Assembly: GCF_001194135.2 (NCBI RefSeq)
Contig: NC_068988.1
Location: 77,394,129 to 77,435,764, forward strand
Length of the DNA stretch: 41,636 bases
Reading direction: 5' to 3'
Source of the DNA: Octopus bimaculoides
Lineage: Eukaryota
Shown here: in pieces, positions 34,411 to 41,636 of the stretch
Layout of the letters: each line of letters begins with the position of its first letter
Position numbering within the stretch: position 1 is the stretch's first letter
Position numbers and translations under genes: made by a program
The notes under the pieces: model-generated
The model's database searches: none
Told to the model about the DNA's origin: nothing
What the model saw: the letters and a program-made list of their open reading frames with translations, nothing else

Positions 34411-36079
34411 TTCACCACTTTTAAAATTACTTAATGAAAATAAATTAAGTCTAGTGTTCAAGTAGCTAATATCTGGAATGGGAATACCTGATAGTAAAGA
34501 TAAAATTATGTGTTGTACTCAAGTAGCTATTAATTAGGTGTGTGGCGTAAATGTGTATTTGTGAGAAGGTGAGAGTAGATGTAAGTGTTAAGGAATAGAG
34601 ATATTGAGGAAACACATGGGATGGCAAGAACAATGCAGGAGGTGTTATTGGTGTATGTACAAGTGTATAACAAAAAAAGTAAGTAGACTTGTGAAAATGT
34701 TTTAATCTAAAATTTAAATAAAGAGAATTTATAAAATCCGTGACAGGGTGAAAGCCAAAGAAAGTGGTGAAAATTATACAGCAATGATAAAAGAGCATTT
34801 TGTAAAGTGTACAGAATTTGGAAAGTAACCAGTAAAATCTATGGAGAAGAACTGTAATGGAAAACTGGTAAAAATCTCTGAAGAAGTAACTGTGCAGAAG
34901 AGGTGAAAACCAAATGAAACAGACTTTGGGTCAAAAGAAATGGTGGTGGTAGNNNNNNNNNNAGATGTTTCTTGAGAGAAGAGTGGAGAATAAGTGGAAA
35001 GGGTATATGTGACAACAAGAATGGGAGCAGAGTTGGGATCTGGAAGGGGACAGGATATAGAGAAAGAGGAACTGTGAACGAGGAGGCTGAGTAGGTTGCA
35101 GGTTCACTTAAGAGAGAAACCGGATGAGAGATGGAGTAAACAAGAACTGACAGGGTCAGATTGTGGGTGCGGAATAAGATGGAGGATGGTGCATTATAGG
35201 GGGGAATAGCAGTGGGATGGTAGGTGAGAGGAAAGGGAATGTGGTTGAGCTGGGTTCAGAATGCTGAGTGTAAGGACTGAAGTGAAATGAATAGCAGGGC
35301 ATAGGATAGGGTAACCTGGGGAAGGGTATGTAGGCAGCTATGTCGAATGAATAGATTGGCTGTGTGGTGAATGTGGGTCTTAAAAAGTTTTTGTTGTGAT
35401 GGTAGAAGTAACTGGAGAATAAGGAATACTATGTTTAGTGTGGAGGAATTTCTCTCTTTCTCAAATTTTAGTTTAAACCTTTCTTTATTAAGGATGTTTT
35501 CATAACTATATGCACTTTAGTTACATGCTTGTGCACACGTCTATAGCATTTTCTATATCATTCTTGCCAACTCATGTGATTCACTAATATCTTTATTTCT
35601 TAACACTCACAATTGCTCTTACTTTCACACATCTTTTCTCACTACCCACCTAATGATTACATACACCCCTTAAACCAATGCAACTATACTTCCACACTTT
35701 CACACTTCTGTTCACATACTTCTGTTACACTATGGCACACACAATTAACCCCTGATGCCTACTTCTAGACACAGATTCACCCCTTTATTTGCATCACCTG
35801 AATTTCCCTTTCTCCCTTCTTAAATCTCCCATAGAATCTCCCCTTGGTTTCTAACCCATCACTCATTTTGTTTTACAGTGACCTTTTTCTAACTCCCTCT
35901 ATGCTTCTATTATCTTTCATCTGACAAAAAACTAAGCTAATGTCTTGTTTGTCAAACTCTGTTCTTCTGTTGTCCTTTTTATTGTACATTGTATTTAAAC
36001 TGCATATTTAATGCTTACTTGGACTTCTTGATTTGTATTCAGGACTGCACGAATTACTTTAAATATCCTTTCATGATGA

Positions 36080-37460
36080 CTACATTAAGTTGAGTAGCTC
36101 TAAAAATTCTACCAAATTAATATATACAATTTATACCATATGGCAGCACTGTTATACATTGGCTTAGGAATTTAAAGGATAAGCATAGAGCCAAATTTAT
36201 ACAGTTTGAAGTAGATTTTTAGCCCACAAAATCAAGATCATTGCTGGATAAGGTGATTGAATTTACAAAAGAGATATGTCAATATTGACCAAACAAGGTG
36301 AACTTTATCCTGCATGCATGGAAAACCTTTCTATTCTGTAAGGGTTCCACATGGGTTAAAAATCTGAAACAGAGGAATTGTTTGGTGTACCAATGGAATT
36401 GTGTGACAGTGATGACATCTGTAAGATTCTGTATAGTAGATACATTAAGATTGATGTTCCTGTCCCATGATGTTGATTTATATTGTGATGATAATTTGGG
36501 CATATTCATGACTGTGATGGACTGTGATTCAAAAAATGTAGGAAAAATCTGATATAGACAATTAGGTCTCAAAATTCGTGTGACCACTAATTTGCCAAAA
36601 GTTGATTTCTTAAATGTTTCCCCAGACTTATACTCATGTTCTTATAAGCCCATTATAAACCCAATGAGAAACTCAAGTACATAAACAGTCTTGTCATCCC
36701 TGCAGTGTTTACGAACCTGATAGTCAATATCACTAATAGAATATCTAATCACTCCTCTTCTACAGGAATATTTGATAAAGCAGCTACCTACTATGATAAT
36801 ACCCTAGCTAATAGGGACTTCAAAGATAAAATATCTTACAACCATTCAGTTCAAAATAGAAAATAGAATTAGGAAATAGGATTAACCTAAAAATAGAATC
36901 AAGAAAATAATATAGTTTGCCCCTTTCTTTTTGAATATTAAGATCAATGTGGACCAAAATTCCATGGTATTATTAGATAAGCATATCCCAGTAAATCATA
37001 AATACAAATAAATTTGCAATAGATGTTTGGTAAAAATTTCATGAAGCTGCTACTCCAATATGAAGGACATAATCACTCACAAGCCACACTAAAAGCCTGT
37101 TCCTAATTGTAACTGTCAAGGCCCAGAAATTTGCCTATTCAAACAAGCATGCTTGATGAACTCAGTCATTTATGAAGCTGAAGTTACAGCAGTGCTCCAA
37201 AATAGAATCCAAAAAAAAAAGTTATGTCAATTTATGCAGAGGCAATTTTAAAAGAAGATATGCAAACCACTAGTCTTCTTTTCAACACATGGACAAAAGT
37301 AAAGCCACAAAATTGGCTAGCCATATATGGAATCTGAAGACTGACAACAACTGAGTGGAACATCATGGAGAAACCCATGCCATGTGTAAATGGATCAATG
37401 AGATGCAAGCTGTCTGTAGCTGAAAGGTCTCACATTTTTTTTTTAGATCCAGGAGTCCAA
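36080..37460 (+). mobile_element. Decayed Penelope-like element (RT plus GIY-YIG)
   Basis: KFIQFEVDF, ILHAWKTFLF...WVK, DVDLYCDDNLGIF (YRDD box), GLKI..TNLPKVDFL, VIYEAEVTA..YVNLC.GNFKRRY, LASHIWNLK. Confidence 0.85.
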
Positions 37461-37971
37461 AATTTTTAGCAAATGCAAGCCTATGGACAAACTTCTTCTT
37501 GTCGAATTGGAGGACACCTCTTCTCCAGATTGAGTATGCTGTTCCACAAACTATGGCTTCCCCACCTGTTGAATTATTCTATATCTGTTATATTATGTTT
37601 TTGACAGAGAAATGGGATGCAACTCTTTGTTTTCTATTCTTTCTTTTTTTTTGTTTTTATTTACCTTTTGTTTTTTGTTCTATCTTTTTTCATTCCACCT
37701 TTTGCATTCTTCCTCCTCTTACATTTACTCATATTTTCTCACAGACCAGCACCCTTTCTCTGTTTTTTCAAATCAGACCAGCTACATTATGTGTTTGAGC
37801 CTGAAAGATTAGTTGGAGACACAAGGTACGATGCATAAATCTGCCAAATTATTGTTTCCATAGAATGAAACTATTGGTAGTTCATATTTAAAAACTGTGT
37901 ACTTTAAATGATATTCATCTCTCATTGGATGGAGTACTTTTTTTGATCCTACAAATGATAAAACAGTAAAC

Positions 37972-38002
<31 letters not shown>

Positions 38003-38117
38003 TGTGAATTGGAGATGGTTACTACAAAAAGAATGAGTGTATAAATACAGTGTTTAGGTTATTTCCAAATGACCTTATGATTTATGACCTCATCATGTGA
38101 CATATACGTGTGCATGC

Positions 38118-38138
38118 ACACACACACACACACACACA

Positions 38139-38177
<39 letters not shown>
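38118..38177. repeat. (CA)n(CT)n compound microsatellite
   Basis: Direct reading. Confidence 0.9.
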
Positions 38178-38183
<6 letters not shown>

Positions 38184-39404
38184 GTGCATGCTTGCGTCTC
38201 TGAAAGCTGATCTGATTCCCAAAAATTATCTCCACTAAACTTGGCATCTGTTTGAAGACCTTCGTTATTTCATAATGGGCGATGGAAGGAAGCAAACAGT
38301 TTTGTTAAGCACACTATGGTCAAATCAAGAATAGTGCAAAGGTATGAAGACAAGCAATATAATAGCTGTTGCAGTTGTTGTTGGTGCTAGTGTAGGTGGT
38401 AGCGTTTAGAGCCAGCTCAGGCATCAAATCTGTACATGCAGATCTATCTTCTAAAGTATACTTGTGAGGCCTTTCCCATCCATTTCTTCCAGGACTGTTA
38501 TATCCTGTTCTAAGATGGTAAAGCATAATTTGAAAAAGAATTTGCTGCTATTTCTAGCAGGTCATACTGTTGTTGTTTTTGTTTAACTCCAAGTCAACCT
38601 GTACTAGATAAATCTATGATCAAAGAATCTCAGCTATGGCCACCTCATGTTTTGTATATGTAGAACTACCAAGTCCTGTGAGCTGTTTTATATACTAAGA
38701 TGATTGATAGGGTGTGATCATGAGGAGGAGATTTAGCTGCTATTTTTAGCAGGTCAAGTGACCCTATAGAGCTTACTTCACTGACATTGTGTAATAATAA
38801 CAGTAGCTATTAATTATATGGTGACTATATGTGTTTAAGAACAAGATCACTTCTAGTTGACTTGACCTATGATTGAAGGATCTCTCCATGACTGTCCCAA
38901 CATTTTTTTTTACCTTTCCACACATAACATTCCAAAAACTACTTTACATGAGATGAACTTTAAGTTATTAAAAGGATGTAATTTGAGGTATATTCAGCTG
39001 CTATTTCAAACACTATAGTAGAAAATTTGTGGCAGATACAGGTGTGATGATATTGATAAATATGTGTATCACTCACTGACAGTGTTTAGTTGCAGAGACA
39101 GTTGAGTAGATGGACACATATTTCTGTAGTCCACAGGGAAATACGAAGTCAATGTTTAGCTTGATGTCCAGTTTGGTCAATCAGTTGATGGACACATCTT
39201 CATATGGAAACATGTAAGTAACATTTCTGGAATTTTTTTTTATTCTCAGCAGTTAGTGTTATAATTGAAAATGTCCACAAATTTGTCTTATCCTGAGGTG
39301 ATGAATTAATTTGAGGAAACTCAAAATGAATAAAAGAACTACTGAACTGTCAGCTCTGCCAAGATGATGAAATATATTTTGGTATATCTAATATATCTGT
39401 GTAT

Positions 39405-39535
39405 GAGTTAAGAAGGGTATCCAGCAGCAGAAATCATGCCAAAACAGGCAGTGATGCTTTGTACTTTTTGATTTCTGTTCAACTCATGCCAGCATGAGAA
39501 ACAGACACTAAATGATGATGATGATGATGATGAGA
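39405..39535 (+). mobile_element. Old RTE 3' end with (GAT)n
   Basis: AAGAAGGGTATCCAGC...CATGCCAGCATG...(ATG)n. Confidence 0.6.
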
Positions 39536-39744
39536 GCCATGGTGGAGGGATTGAATGTTGCAAAGTGTAAAGTTATAATAATGTGAAGGGGATCTGAGGC
39601 TGAGAGTGCCAGACATGGAGGCATCACTACAAAATTAGAATGTAAGTGAGCACTCAACACTACAGTTGCATCATTGGAATGATGTGCAAAGAACACTGGA
39701 GTCTTGGTTCTTACCACTTCCAACAATGGAAGAAGGCAAATATC

Positions 39745-39905
39745 AAGTTGGTGGCACATAAAAGCACCCACTACACTCTCGGAGTGGTTGGCATCCAGCT
39801 GTAGAAACTCTGCCAGATCAGATTGGAGCCTGATGCAGCCATCTGGCTCACCAGTCCCCAGTCAAGCGGGTCCAACCCATGTCAGCATGGAAAGCGGACG
39901 TTAAA
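39745..39905 (+). mobile_element. RTE 3' UTR fragment
   Basis: GGTGGCACATAAAAGCACCCACTACACTCTCGGAG...GGAAAGCGGACGTTAAA. Confidence 0.8.
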
Positions 39906-40604
39906 GAGCAGCAGATTTAATTAACTCAATCTTAGTCCCTTAGTAGAAATTATTTTATGGTCCTTATGAAATCAATCCATGACCTATTCAGGGTTGAGAC
40001 CTTCACAATAAAATACAATGAAACAATCTGTTTTGTACTCCACAAAATCTGTTGTTTCTCTCCACTTTTAAACTAACCCTGGGAGATTATTTGTATTATT
40101 CAATCATCCCTTTAATGATGGACTGGGAAGTTATCCTTTGGAATATTCAAATTCAGGAGCAAGTGATGACAACATTAAATATTATCAGACTTATTGATGC
40201 TGTTAATAACCACACTTTTAAATCTAATCCCAGTATATAACTGGTACTTGTTGTATCAACTTCATAAATATGAATAGGGAAGTCAAATTCAGGTGAGTTT
40301 CACTTCAGATTTTATGAAGTACAAAAGAAGTTTGACTTATATTTTCTTATACTTTTATGATTATACTCTTAATATCCATAATATTAATTACTTCTAGAAT
40401 AGGAGCAAGACTTGGAATTGGTTCGGGATCAGTAGCCAATTAAATCAACCCAGTACTTGAATGGTATTTTATCTTTATCAACACTTCAGAAAGATGAAAT
40501 GTAAAGTTGATCTCAGCAAGATCTCAGCTTAGAATATAAAGAGCTGGAACAAATATTGCAAGGTATGTTTGTTCGGTGCACTAAGAATTTTGTAATGATT
40601 ACAT

Positions 40605-40614
40605 TAATAATAAC

Positions 40615-40679
<65 letters not shown>
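40605..40679. repeat. (AAT)n microsatellite
   Basis: Direct reading. A second tract is at 41219-41247. Confidence 0.95.
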
Positions 40680-40681
<2 letters not shown>

Positions 40682-41218
40682 GGCAGTGGCTCTCATGGAT
40701 TCTGATCTTAATTGATTGGAAGTGTTATCATGTACATTGTTTTGTCCTGGTATAAAAGATGGGCTATAGCAAATATTCTGCTTAATACCATAAATTTACT
40801 TGTCAGTTGTTTGACCTTAACCAGTTGAGCATGTCCCTTGGTGGCTGATGATATGTGCATCTCTGATCATGGGCAGAAGTAGTGGGGGAGCATCATAGCC
40901 ATGTGTTGAGAGGAATTCTTTGGGGTTTGAATAATTCACCTATGGAAACATGAGTATTTTGTTCGACATCCTCAAACAACCTTTATTCAAGGACCTTTTG
41001 AGTAAGATGGGCTACTCGACCTGAAGAAAATTCTAACTGGGCTCCACCTGCGAGGACATGCGCTGTTTATCTTGATATGAGATCACCATGTCGCACACAT
41101 ATGATTGCGATGCATGTGCCTGGTGTATCCTTATTAGACAGGTAGTCATGATATGTATAATGGGCTTCATATTTTTTACCCCAGTGTCACTTTGATGGCA
41201 TGCACTGCTCTCTCACTC
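40680..41218. mobile_element. Non-coding element of about 540 bp nested in (AAT)n
   Basis: Complex, GC-richer sequence bounded on both sides by (AAT)n. No long ORF. Confidence 0.5.
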
Positions 41219-41246
41219 AATAATAATAATAATAATAATAATAATA

Positions 41247-41636
41247 AGGGTGAGAGCACTACTGAAGACAGAGCTGAACGCAAGAAACAGGATCAAAGCG
41301 ATCAATGCTCTAGCCATACCAGTCGTGATTTACAGTTTCAATATCGTTAACTGGTCAATTACTGAAATATGTAATCTTGACAGAAAAATACGAACACTGC
41401 TGACAATGCATAGAATGCACCACCCTAAGGCAGATATAGAACGTCTTTATCTGCCAAGAAATGAGGGAGGCCCTGGACTTCTACAGCTGGCGTTAACAAT
41501 GAAGGAAGCCACAATTGGCCTAGACACCTATCTGAAAAACTCTGAGGACTGGATGCTAAAACTTGTCTCAAAACATGAAAGCAAGAAAGCATCATACTCA
41601 GTAACAAAACAGGCAAAGGAATATCTAAGTGAATTC
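41247..41636 (+). mobile_element. R4/Dong-clade non-LTR retrotransposon, post-RT region, open to the window end
   Basis: 130 stop-free codons: RVRALLKTELNARNRIKAINALAIPVVIYSFNIVNWSITEICNLDRKIRTLLTMHRMHHPKADIERLYLPRNEGGPGL.... Begins directly after (AAT)n. Confidence 0.85.

Noticed and set aside
38320-38526. Minus-strand 68-aa ORF with a good acceptor near 38512
   Set aside because: No recognisable homology or convincing donor site.
39535-39720. Possible CR1/L2 RT relic (LNVAKCKVI)
   Set aside because: Too short and degraded to support.

Overview
This is repeat-saturated, AT-rich eukaryotic genomic DNA with nine N-gaps, and I found no supportable intact host gene. The repeat families and microsatellite load look like an Octopus genome (inference from recall, not a database search). 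The window is a mosaic of a tRNA-derived SINE (family A), a second tRNA-SINE (family B), RTE-clade LINE 3' ends with (GAT)n tails, decayed Penelope-like (PLE) elements, a Helitron with its helicase C-terminus and CTAG end, a mariner relic, several MITEs and long fold-backs, and an R4/Dong-like LINE entering at the right edge in (AAT)n. Four signals stand out. (1) A PLE lineage at 31.1-33.7 kb has a GIY-YIG endonuclease with a >100-aa Asn/Ser/Thr-rich in-frame insertion between the GIY-equivalent and YIG motifs, seen in two diverged, inverted copies. (2) An intact-looking type I hammerhead ribozyme lies at 15766-15809 (-). (3) An RTE LINE ends in three C2H2 zinc fingers. (4) There are several long, near-perfect inverted repeats. 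Most ORF-track entries are microsatellite, N-gap or antisense artefacts. Element boundaries are read by eye and are approximate (about +/-10-30 bp) unless a terminal motif is quoted.
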